Below, piece after piece: positions 1 through 10,400 of a stretch of DNA of 64,000 nt; position 1 is the first letter of the stretch, and every line of letters begins with the position of its first letter. The notes beneath the pieces were generated by a model. It saw nothing but the letters and a program-made list of their open reading frames with translations, was not told where the DNA came from and searched no databases. The position numbers and the translations under genes were made by a program. The DNA is taken from contig OZ240245.1 of the NCBI GenBank assembly GCA_965198175.1, positions 3,392,001 to 3,456,000 of the forward strand. The letters run 5' to 3'. The DNA is from Candidatus Poribacteria bacterium (lineage in GTDB: Bacteria; Poribacteria; WGA-4E; PCPOR2b).

Positions 1-19
1 TGATTTGCGACATTTCGTA

Positions 20-757
20 TCAGTTGATTCCATCCCAATATTGCCACATGTCTTCAGGCGTTCCGTACTTAATCTGATCCAAATCTTTCCGACTCATCCG
101 GCCAATCAGCGCAATTCGAACATTGCGGCTGATGTTTGTGGAGGCTGTGTGGGAAAGTTGATTATGCCAAAAGCAGACATCGCCTAGCCCACCAGTGACT
201 TCCACCCCTACGCCGAGGTCAAAAGGAGCAACGCCACCGTCCAAGCTATCAATATCGTGGTGTCTGAAATACTCCGAAAAAATTCTATGACTCCCCGGCC
301 AAACCATAAACCCGCCGCCTTTACCTTCCACTCTGCTGAGATAAATCGTCACACCAAGAGTAAATGTACTCACAGCGCCTTTAGGACCACCGTTCGTCGG
401 CGTGTAATAGCCGTCAAGATGCCCAGTTGGCGGATGCCACTCACTCCTTGGGGCTGGGAAATTTAGGTGGGGTGTTACCCCGCCTTCGGTACGTAACGCT
501 CCTTTGCCCACCATCTCTTCTGCCATCGCGAACACGGGGTCGCTATAGATAGTCCGCTTGAGTGCTTCTGTTCCTCCGATGTCGAAGGCGTGGTAACCTT
601 TGCCAATCCAGGAATCCGAATCATTTCGATCTGCCTCAACATTGTCCCAAATGACATCTAACGCCGCGTCGATCTTATGTCGATCGAGCGCCTCCCGAAT
701 TACGACGTATCCGTTTTCTTTGAAGTAAACTTTATCTACCTCAACTAAACAAGCCAT
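20..757 (-). CDS. Phytanoyl-CoA dioxygenase (PhyH) family Fe(II)/2-oxoglutarate dioxygenase
   Basis: FKENGYVVI start, HLD (HxD) iron motif, GGFMVWPGSH, GDVCFWH..LSH..N..R. Confidence 0.85.
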   Translation of the reverse strand: MACLVEVDKVYFKENGYVVIREALDRHKIDAALDVIWDNVEADRNDSDSWIGKGYHAFDIGGTEALKRTIYSDPVFAMAEEMVGKGALRTEGGVTPHLNFPAPRSEWHPPTGHLDGYYTPTNGGPKGAVSTFTLGVTIYLSRVEGKGGGFMVWPGSHRIFSEYFRHHDIDSLDGGVAPFDLGVGVEVTGGLGDVCFWHNQLSHTASTNISRNVRIALIGRMSRKDLDQIKYGTPEDMWQYWDGIN

Positions 758-772
758 TGCGTTCCTCTACTA

Positions 773-1987
773 CTATGCCCAGCCTTGGCTGACGCCACCA
801 ACCCGCTGTGTGCGAATTGTCTCAAAGTAGCCGCTCTTGCGGTAAGCTGCCAACGGGTGAGGGGTTCTGTCCATTTCCAGACGCACCTGTTCAAGTAGTG
901 GTGATACGTCCGTTTCGTATGCCCTTTGCAAAATTTGCTCGGCATCAATAATCTCCCCCGCATCCTGTGCCTCGGCAAGCGCCATCCGGTCGACGATTAG
1001 CGCTTTTGCGTATGCGGTCTGCAGGTTGCAGACGGATTGAATGCTCGCTTCAACCTTGGGCTTGAGGTTGTGGCTTTGATCGATCATGTACGCGATATCC
1101 GTCTTAGTGTCCGGGTCCAATTCCGCTGCGACAAGCTCCGTGTAGATGAGGAAAAGCTCTTGCGGGTTGATTGTCCCAACGGTCAGATCATCATCGGCAA
1201 ACTTTCGGCAATTGAAGTGGAACCCGCCAAGTTTCCCTTCGTCAATGAGATAGGCGACGATATATTCGATGTTTGTGCCTTGTGGGTGGTGCCCGAGGTC
1301 AATCAACACCTGGGCCTTAGTTCCCAACTTTGTCGCCATCACGTAGGCGTTCCCCCAATCTGCAAGGTCGGTGTGATAAAACGCAGGCTCGAAGAATTTG
1401 TACTCGATGAGCATGCGTACATTATCACCCAGCGCGTCATAAACCTCGCGCAGACATTCGTACATCCAGCTCTTGCGCCTCCGAAAATTTCCTTGACCGG
1501 GAAAATTTGTCCCATCGGCGAACCAGAGGCTTAGTAACGTTGATTCGGTAATCTTCATAATCTCCACACATTCAAGCATGTGGTCGGCGGCAAGACGCCG
1601 GATGGTTGGGTCATGGTTACAGATGCTTCCCAACTTGTATTCTTGCCCTTGAAAGACGTTCGGATTAATTGCCCCGATACCGATGCCCACTTCTGCCGCA
1701 TACTGTTTTAGCCCCTCCCAATCATCTGTCTTATCCCAGGGGATGTGTAGGGCGACGGTCGGCGAAATACCCGTGAATCTGTGGACGGTGGCTGCATCTT
1801 CGAGACGTTCCCTAGCATTCCGTGCAGCACCGGGTTGGGCAAACACACCGAATCGTGTTCCTGAATTCCCGTATCCCCAGGACGGGGTTTCAATGTGTTG
1901 TCTTTTCAGTTGGGATTTGACCGCTTCAATCTCAATCCCTTGTTTTTCCAGGTCTTCCGCTAGTAAATCATATTTGGGATTGCTCAC
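773..1987 (-). CDS. rhaI: L-rhamnose isomerase (RhaI / xylose-isomerase-like TIM barrel type)
   Basis: [52 protein letters not shown] and DQSHNLK motifs. Confidence 0.9.
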   Translation of the reverse strand: MSNPKYDLLAEDLEKQGIEIEAVKSQLKRQHIETPSWGYGNSGTRFGVFAQPGAARNARERLEDAATVHRFTGISPTVALHIPWDKTDDWEGLKQYAAEVGIGIGAINPNVFQGQEYKLGSICNHDPTIRRLAADHMLECVEIMKITESTLLSLWFADGTNFPGQGNFRRRKSWMYECLREVYDALGDNVRMLIEYKFFEPAFYHTDLADWGNAYVMATKLGTKAQVLIDLGHHPQGTNIEYIVAYLIDEGKLGGFHFNCRKFADDDLTVGTINPQELFLIYTELVAAELDPDTKTDIAYMIDQSHNLKPKVEASIQSVCNLQTAYAKALIVDRMALAEAQDAGEIIDAEQILQRAYETDVSPLLEQVRLEMDRTPHPLAAYRKSGYFETIRTQRVGGVSQGWA

Positions 1988-2190
1988 ACTGTGTTCTCCC
2001 CGTAATTACCTATTTTTCCTCGATCTACTCGTTTCCGGCGCAAAAATCATGTCTACTGCAACCAAAACAGACAGAAGTGGTTCAAAGGATAAGATGGCTT
2101 CCAAGTCAATCGGCAATCCTCACTGAAGATCGCTCAGATAGTAGCACATCTTCCTTTTCCCGTCAACCAAAATATTCCCGGAAAATTGCC

Positions 2191-2219
2191 TTGATAGGGC
2201 TATATGTGTAGGTTATAAT
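2191..2219 (+). promoter_or_regulatory. sigma70-like promoter of glyQS
   Basis: TTGATA-17 bp-TATAAT upstream of a GGAGG RBS. Confidence 0.6.
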
Positions 2220-2266
2220 GATGGAAGAACAAGCGAGTTGGAATAGGGACATCGCATGGAGGAAAA

Positions 2267-3568
2267 ATGATGGTATCAATGGAAACAATCACCTCCCTTT
2301 GCAAAAGGCGAGGTTTTATCTTTCAGAGTAGCGAAATATACGAGGGACTTGCCGGTTGTTGGGATTTCGGTCCACTCGGTGTTGAATTGGTGCGCAACGT
2401 AAAGGAAGCTTGGTGGAAAACCGTTGTGCATCATCGAGATGATATGGTGGGACTAGATGCATCGATATTGATGCACCCACAAGCTTGGGTTGCATCGGGA
2501 CACGTTGAAAACTTTACAGATCCGATGGTTGATTGTAAGCGCTGCAAACGGCGTTTTCGCGCTGACCACATCGGCACAGAGAACTGTCCCGATTGCGGCG
2601 GTGAATTGACCGATGAGCGACAATTTAATCTGATGTTCAAGACGTTCCTAGGTCCTGTCGAGGACGAGGCTTCAGAAGTGTATCTGCGTCCAGAAACTGC
2701 CCAAGGCATTTTTGTGAACTTCAAGAACGTATTAGACTCTATGCGACCCAAAATCCCCTTTGGAATTGCCCAAATTGGGAAAGCGTTTCGGAACGAAATC
2801 ACCGTCGGAAATTTCATATTCCGTGTTCGAGAATTTGAGCAGATGGAGATTGAGTATTTTGTGAAGCCGGGGACAGATGAAGAATGGCATGAGCGATGGA
2901 TTTCAGGCCGTTCTAACTGGTACGTGCAGCTAGGCATTCGCAAAGAGAATTTGAGATGCCGTCCGCATGAAGAAGATGAACTCGCCCACTATAGCAAATC
3001 ATGTGTGGACATCGAGTATCTTTTCCCGATGGGATGGTCAGAATTGGAAGGGATCGCCAGCCGCAGCGATCACGATCTCTCCGTGCATGCCAAACATAGC
3101 AAAAAGGATTTGCACTATTACGACACGGTAGCTGAAGAACATTACGTGCCCTATGTCATCGAGCCTTCAGTCGGTGTTGGCCGCGCGGCATTGGCTTTCC
3201 TGATTGATGCTTATCGGGAAGAAGAGGTGTCGGGAAGAAAGCGGACGGTACTTCGACTCCACAAAGACCTCGCTCCGATCAAGGTCGCCGTGTTGCCACT
3301 GCTGAGAAATCGACCTGCTATCGTTCAACGCGCAAAAGAAATTACGCATACGTTGCAGAAAGAGTTTGTCGCGGTCTATGACGATACCGCTGGTATTGGA
3401 CGCCTGTATCGGCGGCAAGATGAAATTGGCACGCCCTATTGTGTTACTGTTGATGTCGAATCTTTGGACGACCGCGCCGTCACTATCCGTGAGCGTGACA
3501 GTATGGAACAGACCCGCGTTTCTGTTGACCAACTAGTAGAGACACTTACCGAAGAGTTAAAATCTTAA
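2267..3568 (+). CDS. glyQS: Glycine--tRNA ligase (alpha2 homodimeric type)
   Basis: KRRGFIFQSSEIY, YLRPETAQGIF, GKAFRNEI..FIFRVREFEQME, IEPSVG, YRRQDEIGTP. Confidence 0.97.
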   Translation: MMVSMETITSLCKRRGFIFQSSEIYEGLAGCWDFGPLGVELVRNVKEAWWKTVVHHRDDMVGLDASILMHPQAWVASGHVENFTDPMVDCKRCKRRFRADHIGTENCPDCGGELTDERQFNLMFKTFLGPVEDEASEVYLRPETAQGIFVNFKNVLDSMRPKIPFGIAQIGKAFRNEITVGNFIFRVREFEQMEIEYFVKPGTDEEWHERWISGRSNWYVQLGIRKENLRCRPHEEDELAHYSKSCVDIEYLFPMGWSELEGIASRSDHDLSVHAKHSKKDLHYYDTVAEEHYVPYVIEPSVGVGRAALAFLIDAYREEEVSGRKRTVLRLHKDLAPIKVAVLPLLRNRPAIVQRAKEITHTLQKEFVAVYDDTAGIGRLYRRQDEIGTPYCVTVDVESLDDRAVTIRERDSMEQTRVSVDQLVETLTEELKS

Positions 3569-3739
3569 GGTGCAAGACATACAACACGATCCAATGGTAA
3601 CGCTTAAGTGGTTGGGCATGGCGCGATTGTAGTTCACCCAGTGCGAGTCTCGCTGTAAAGTCCATAAACAAGTTCTAATCTCGAACAATAAAGTTGCCCC
3701 ACTCCTATCGGGGTAAGTAAACCACTGGAGATTCCTCAA

Positions 3740-4225
3740 ATGAAAGGGACAATTCACAAAGCTCAATTGGCTGACGTGACCCACATGGTTGAACTCTCCG
3801 AGCGAAAGCGCGCACAGTATGAGAGACATAAGCCCAACTTTTGGAGAAAAGCTAAGGATTCTGCCCAAAAGCAGCTACCGTATTTTGAGCAACAGATAGG
3901 GAATGATCATGTAATCTCCCTCATTCATGAACAAGATGGAATCATTGATGGCTTTGTTATCGCCATGCTTGTATCTGCGCCGGAGGTCTATGATCCTGGC
4001 GGGCTTAGTTGCGTCGTTGACGACTTCGTGGTTAGCGATCCGAGTCTTTGGCAAAACGTAGGCGTAGCGTTGATAAATGAGGTCATCCATGAAGCAAAGA
4101 GCCGGGGAGCGGTGCAGAGTATCGTTGTGTGTGGACATCACGACATACCTAAACGAACAATGCTCGCTTCCACGGGATGCGCGATTGCATCTGAATGGTG
4201 GGTGAAACGATTTGAGGATTCGTAA
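3740..4225 (+). CDS. GNAT-family N-acetyltransferase
   Basis: VDDFVV..LWQNVGVALI resembles acetyl-CoA motif A; 161 aa; GGAG RBS. Confidence 0.65.
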   Translation: MKGTIHKAQLADVTHMVELSERKRAQYERHKPNFWRKAKDSAQKQLPYFEQQIGNDHVISLIHEQDGIIDGFVIAMLVSAPEVYDPGGLSCVVDDFVVSDPSLWQNVGVALINEVIHEAKSRGAVQSIVVCGHHDIPKRTMLASTGCAIASEWWVKRFEDS

Positions 4226-4279
4226 TAATACTACAACGAGACTTAAATTCATTCATTGAAATAAGGAGGAGAAATCAAA

Positions 4280-5290
4280 ATGATTCGCGAAGCAATTCAG
4301 AAAGTCGTCAATGGGCGAGATCTAACCGAAAGTGAAACTATTGACACCATGAATGGAATCATGAGCGGAGAGGCAACCGATGCTCAAATTGCTTGCTTCA
4401 TTACCGCCTTACGATTGAAGGGCGAAACTGTTGAAGAGATTACCGGCGCTGCGCGTGTGATGCGTGAAAAAGCGACTCCGGTGAATACCAAACATGCGTT
4501 GGTTGTCGATACATGCAGTACGGGTGGCACCCGTTTGGACTCGTTCAACATTTCAACTACTTCCGCCTTCGTGGTTGCAGGCACAGGGGTGCCGGTGGCA
4601 AAACATGGCAATCGAGGGGTGACCAGGACGACCGGTAGTGCGAACGTATTGATGGCACTCGGTGTGAATATTGAGATTACGCCGGAACATGTCGGTCGGT
4701 GCATCGATGAGGTCGGTATTGGGTTCCTCTTTGCGCCAATGTTGCACAGTGCGATGAGACATGCAATCGGCCCACGTCGAGAAATCGGGATCCGCACGAT
4801 TTTCAATACCGTCGCCCCCCTGACTAACCCGGCAGGTGTGCAGGCACAAGTGGTCGGAGTCTACGCGCCTGAACTCACAGAACAGCACGCGAACGCACTC
4901 AACAGTTTTGGGAGTAAACACGCCTTCGTCGTGCATGGGAACGATGGATTAGATGAAATCACAACAACGACAACCACGCAGGTCTCGGAGTTGGTAAATG
5001 GTGGCGTGACAACCTATACTCTTGATCCAACCGAATTAGGAATTCCCAAGGCACAGCCCGAAGATCTCCTTAGTGAGACGCCAGATGGAAATGCCGAAAT
5101 GACGTTGCGGATACTCAATGGCGAAAAGGGACCGAAGCGGGATATTGTTGCGATTAATGCAGCGGCGGCGATTATCGCTGGTGGGAAAGCTGAAAATTTG
5201 AAGGAAGGACTAATGTTCGCAGCAGCGTCGATCGATTCGGGCAAGGCATTGGAGAAATTAGAGGGGTTGAAGTCCATGTCGAATGCGTAG
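4280..5290 (+). CDS. trpD: Anthranilate phosphoribosyltransferase
   Basis: VDTCSTGG, FNIST, VAKHGNR, GFLFAP..H, RTIFN, HGNDGLDEI. Confidence 0.95.
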   Translation: MIREAIQKVVNGRDLTESETIDTMNGIMSGEATDAQIACFITALRLKGETVEEITGAARVMREKATPVNTKHALVVDTCSTGGTRLDSFNISTTSAFVVAGTGVPVAKHGNRGVTRTTGSANVLMALGVNIEITPEHVGRCIDEVGIGFLFAPMLHSAMRHAIGPRREIGIRTIFNTVAPLTNPAGVQAQVVGVYAPELTEQHANALNSFGSKHAFVVHGNDGLDEITTTTTTQVSELVNGGVTTYTLDPTELGIPKAQPEDLLSETPDGNAEMTLRILNGEKGPKRDIVAINAAAAIIAGGKAENLKEGLMFAAASIDSGKALEKLEGLKSMSNA

Positions 5291-5313
5291 GAATATTCAA
5301 ATGAGGTGAGGTC

Positions 5314-6354
5314 ATGGATTTGGTCACATTTGGCGAGGCGATGGTACGGCTCACTTCACCGGATTTCATGCGTCGCGAGCAGGCATCAACGCTACACATG
5401 AACGTGGGCGGGGCTGAGCTCAATGTTGCTATCAATGCATCCCAGTTAGGATTACACACTACATGGGTCTCTCGACTTGTTGATAATTGGTCCGGGCGCT
5501 TTATCCAAAACAAGGGACGCGAAATGGGTGTTGATATGTCTCAAATCGTTTGGGCTCCATTCGACGGAATCGGGCTTGAACGTAACGGTTTTTACCACGT
5601 TGAACTGGGGGCGGGTCCCCGTGCGAGCAGCGTCACTTATGACCGCGGTTATACGGCAATCTCAAAGATTAAACCCGGCGAAGTGGATTGGAAGTCCATC
5701 TTTCGATACTCCCGCTGGTTTCACTTGAGCGGCATCACCCCGGCGTTATCGGAATCTGCCGCCGCAGAATCCTATGAGGCGCTAAAAGCTGCACGTGCAA
5801 TCGGCGTGACAACGAGCTACGATCTGAATTATCGTGCGAAGTTGTGGAGTCCAGAACGGGCACAAACTGTCAATCGCGCAATGATGGAATATGTCTGCGT
5901 GTTAGTGGGGAACGAAGAAGATTTTGAGAAAGCCCTTGGCATAAAGGCGGACGGAACGACAGACAGCTATAGTAAACTCGCTCCGGAAAGCTACAAAACG
6001 GTTGCGAAGCGCGTGGTCAATCAATACACCAATGTTGAAATGATTGCCACAACTTTGCGCGATGCCAAAACGGGCTGGTTAAACGACTGGCGCACTCTCT
6101 TGTTCGACGGAGACGCATTTTACTTGTCGCGCGTTTACGAGAATCTCGAACTTGTGGATCGTGTGGGCGGCGGTGATAGCTTCTCAGCAGGGCTAATTTA
6201 CAGTCTGCTCAACGGTAAGTCTCCACAAGAGGCGGTCGATTTCGCTGGAGCGTACTCGGCACTTGCACACACTTTCCCCGGCGATTTTAACTGGGCAACG
6301 GCTGAAGAGGCTGAAAAAGTGATTAAGGCGGGCAGCGTGCGAATTAGTCGTTAA
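5314..6354 (+). CDS. kdgK: PfkB sugar kinase, 2-keto-3-deoxygluconate kinase-like
   Basis: VTFGEAMVRL, GGAELNVA, DLNYRAKLW, NEED, DRVGGGDSF. Confidence 0.85.
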   Translation: MDLVTFGEAMVRLTSPDFMRREQASTLHMNVGGAELNVAINASQLGLHTTWVSRLVDNWSGRFIQNKGREMGVDMSQIVWAPFDGIGLERNGFYHVELGAGPRASSVTYDRGYTAISKIKPGEVDWKSIFRYSRWFHLSGITPALSESAAAESYEALKAARAIGVTTSYDLNYRAKLWSPERAQTVNRAMMEYVCVLVGNEEDFEKALGIKADGTTDSYSKLAPESYKTVAKRVVNQYTNVEMIATTLRDAKTGWLNDWRTLLFDGDAFYLSRVYENLELVDRVGGGDSFSAGLIYSLLNGKSPQEAVDFAGAYSALAHTFPGDFNWATAEEAEKVIKAGSVRISR

Positions 6355-6383
6355 GCAGGAATTGCTAAATTGGTCGTTTGTCT

Positions 6384-7391
6384 TCAAGGCGACCGCTGCA
6401 TTTCGGTTAACTTCTCTCGGACAGTTTCCCACACTTCATCGACCGTGATGAGTTTCATACAGATATTGTCTTTACACTTATCGGTGAACTGCTTACACGG
6501 ATTGCACGGCACGTGATGGCGGACGGTTGTATGGATGGGTTCTAGCGGTCGAAAACGGATGTGATTACCCGGACCAAACAGCGCAACGGTTGGAGTGCGT
6601 ACCGCTGCCGCAATGTGCATGGGTCCCGTGTCGTTCGCGATGAAAAGATTACACGCCTCGATTAACGCCGCAAATTGGCGAATCGGTATATTCGCGGTAA
6701 AGGTAGTTGCCCGCGCTGTCATGAGATAGGCGATGTGATTGACAAGTTCTCCCTCATTTGGACCACCAAAGATAAGCACTTGTGCGTCAAAATACTTGAT
6801 TACTCGATCGCCGATGGCAGCAAAACGGTTTGGCATCCACTCTCGTAATTTCCACCCCGCTCCTGGGAATAACGCCACCTTAAGTCGATTTAGATGAACA
6901 CCTTTCGCAGCGAGGATGGCGCAGCCCCTCTCTCGATCTGAGTCCGACAAAAACAACTCCAACGTCCGATCTGTCGGCTCAATGCCCAGTGGGTAGAGCA
7001 GATCGAAATATCGATTAATGGCGTGTTTGTTGGCGCGGTCCGGCACGTTCAGCCCGTTTGGTCGTCCTACGCGGCATTTTGAGCCGCTCAGATACGCGAG
7101 CAAACTGGTGCGGAACTTGCCCTGGAAATCGATTGTGAGATCGAAGTTTCGTCGTCTCAAGAGACGGACGATTCGCATCATTTCACTGGTATCCTTGTTT
7201 CTCGCAGTCCGATCAAACGGGATGACCTCGTCGAGGTGAGGGTTCTGCGTGAGCAGATCGGCAAACTGTTGCGCAACAAGCATTGAAATCCGCGCCTTTG
7301 GATAGTGGTGCCGCACCGCACGAATAGCCGGCGAGGTGAGTACAATGTCGCCAAGCGAGCTGAGCCGGATGAGAAGGATGTTTTCGTTCAT
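6384..7391 (-). CDS. GT9 lipopolysaccharide heptosyltransferase (WaaF-like)
   Basis: RLSSLGDIVL, NDTGPMHIAAA, ALFGP. Confidence 0.9.
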   Translation of the reverse strand: MNENILLIRLSSLGDIVLTSPAIRAVRHHYPKARISMLVAQQFADLLTQNPHLDEVIPFDRTARNKDTSEMMRIVRLLRRRNFDLTIDFQGKFRTSLLAYLSGSKCRVGRPNGLNVPDRANKHAINRYFDLLYPLGIEPTDRTLELFLSDSDRERGCAILAAKGVHLNRLKVALFPGAGWKLREWMPNRFAAIGDRVIKYFDAQVLIFGGPNEGELVNHIAYLMTARATTFTANIPIRQFAALIEACNLFIANDTGPMHIAAAVRTPTVALFGPGNHIRFRPLEPIHTTVRHHVPCNPCKQFTDKCKDNICMKLITVDEVWETVREKLTEMQRSP

Positions 7392-7407
7392 TTCTGGGAG
7401 ACTATGT

Positions 7408-7429
7408 CTGTAGGAAGCCCCTCCTACAG
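7408..7429. repeat. Short GTAG-type palindrome (REP-like)
   Basis: CTGTAGGA-agcccc-TCCTACAG in the intergenic gap. Confidence 0.4.
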
Positions 7430-7435
7430 ATTGCT

Positions 7436-10400
7436 TTATCGGACAACTGCAAATTTTCCGCTGCGACTCACTGTTTGCTCTCCGTGCGTCGCTTCCAAGA
7501 TGTAGATATAAACGCCGCTAGCGACAGCTTCACCCGCCTGATTTTCGCATTTCCAGACAAACTTTTCATTGCCCGTAGCAGGCACTTTACCGGTGACACC
7601 TTGCCAGTTGACCGTGTGGACCAATTGCCCAGCGGTGTCATAAATCTTCAGCGTGACATCCGCAGATTTTGTGAGATTGAACCGGATATTAACTTCGTGT
7701 GAAGCGGGATTTGGATAGACAGTTACCGCATCGGCGAAATCAAAGATATCGCGCGTAAAGAAGCTCTGGTGATGGTACACCGAATTGTTCGCTCGATCGG
7801 TGGCAGTAAGCTCAAGGGTATGGCGACCTGCATTGAGGTCGCTCGGCACGTAGGTTAAACGGCCAGTGTCCCGCTCATAATGAAATTGGACTGGCTGGCT
7901 GTCGACCCGCAATTGGACACTATCAACTCCAGAACCTTCGTCAGTAATCTCCGCCTCGACCAAAAAACGATTTAAGGGTACTTCATCGCCATCGTCAGGC
8001 CGGATGGAACGGATAATCGGCGGGTCCTGTTCAGTCAGGAGTGCGTAGCTGCCAAACTGATTCCCAACCGCTTCAAGTGTACCGAATTGATTCGTGATTG
8101 TATCAAGTGGAATCCAGCCGCCGCCCCGCGGGTCCCACCAAAACAGGACGATATGTTCGACGTTCTCCATCACCTCTATTCCTTCGGATTGGACACCCTG
8201 CATCGTCGGAGACAAGTGAGAGAAATCTAAAATAAGGTCAGGTTGAGGGATGGGCAGGGTAAGCCAGAGCAGAGTATCCTCCTTTTCAACATTGGCTTCA
8301 ATGATGTAAACGGGTTGAAGTATTGTGAGGCGTCGTTCCATCGCATTTTGATTCTGCGCTAAGACAAGACTTCGATCTAATCCACCCTGGCTGCGCAGGG
8401 TCACCTTAAAATCTGGTTTTATGCTCTGTTGAAGCAAAACAACGCGAGGACCGCCTTCAATGAAGAGGTGAGAAACAGTGAGAAGGGACGCCTGTTCAGC
8501 AATAGATTGTGGAAATGGTGTAGGCGGTATTTCTGGGAATCGATTTTGATCGGTAAAGTAGCCGACAAGGGAAACTAGGTTGCTGTTCAGTTGAAAATCC
8601 TTGCCGTATTGCGGGGGTTGAACACCCGCCACAAGCGTGAATCCCGCTTGTGACGGCGCGATGAGGAAATCACCCTCATATCGGAACGAAAGAAAGTCCT
8701 TTGCTACCGCCTGCGCAGTGTCAGGCGTGTCAACTTTGCACAAGTCGAGGTTGAGTGTGTACCCTATCAATGAACCTGATGGTAAGATTTCAGCTGAAGG
8801 GATGACAGTCAGCCGTTTATTTGTGTCGACGATAACTTTGAGCGCGTCCCCTGTGCGTTTCGCTGAGATAGCGGCGTTAAATGGTTGTGTGTCTATGAAA
8901 AACTCAAAATAAACCACTTCCGCTGAATTGCCTCCTTTGTCTTGAACTTCCCACTTGAATGAGTGTATCCCATCAACTAATTCAAGCGGCGGTACATGTG
9001 TGAATTGCCCAGTCTCAGGATTGAAATCAAATGTTTTCCCATCAAAAATCGCAGCCTCCTCCGTTCCGTCAAATGCATATTCCTCTCCATCAAAACTGAA
9101 TTGAATTGTGGAGGGCGCGATTTCTACATCGTCAATCAAAATGGCTGTGATTTTTATATCGGTTTGTGGTAGAATTGCACCATCGGACGGAAAAACCTCT
9201 GCAATCCCCGGTGGATTCACATCTTTTCCGATGTTTACTTTCCGCTCATATATGACGCGGCGTTGTACCTCAGTCCGGCGCCCCAGTCGATTAACCGCTT
9301 CCACACGAATGAGATTTTCCCCGCGTCCGAGGTGACGAGGTTCTTCCGCCTGAAGCAGCAACGTTCTGCTAAACCGCCTATCCGAGTGCAGAGGCATAAC
9401 CACACCGTTAATTAGAAACTGAACTTCGGCGGTACTGACTTGACCGGACACGGTAACATACGGCACGTCAAGAATTACATAATCTTGCGGCGAATCAATA
9501 ATAATCTCTGGAGGACGATTATCCCAAAAAACATTTCGGTAGACGCTAGTCTCTAAACCAATTGGATTTGTCGCTTTGATATTAATGCGGTTTTCGCCTT
9601 CCTGCAAAATCAACTGCGTTTCAAACTCACCCTCTTCATCAATACGTACCATTGCTTCATTGAGAGTAACGGTGCTCTGTTTGTCTACACGCCCATGCAC
9701 AGTGATTAATCTCTCAGTTGTGAGCAAGCCTTCTGGCGGGTAGAGAACTTCCAAGCGTGGATGTTCGTTTTCGACAAAAACTTTGACTCGATCTTCAATC
9801 TCGTCGCCAGCTGTCGAAACAGCAACGAGACGTAAGACATACTCTCCACGCAACTGCCGCGCATCCCACTGACCAATGAACCCGCCCGCAAAAGGGCTAG
9901 AGTTTTCAACGCTGACCGGTTCGGGCGCTACTGGTGTAGTCGATTTGCCGCCGATTCGACGCCATTTATGAAGTACAGAGATTGACGCATATTCTAAACG
10001 ATATTCCTGAAACAACTTGCCACGGGCGATTCCGAAGAGATTGACCTTCCCGTGTACCTGTTCTCCATCGACAGGACGTTCCAACCGTGCTTCAATTGGC
10101 GGTTCGGGGAACTCAAACGCCATGGTATACAGCAGATCGCTAGATTGATAGACAATCGCTTTCCCATCAGGAGACCAATCAGCACTATCGACAAATTGAG
10201 GGGAGGCGATAGATTGACCGCCGCTGTCAATTGGGGAGATTTGGGTGATTTGCCCATCTCGTAGATTGAGAACAAAGGGCGATTGTCGGTCTTCACCTTG
10301 ATCGGAAAGGAAAAGTATCGATTTGCCATCCGGCGACCACGCTGGGCGGGTTTCGTTGGCGGAACTCCGATGCAACAACATCTCGCTCGAACCATCCATG

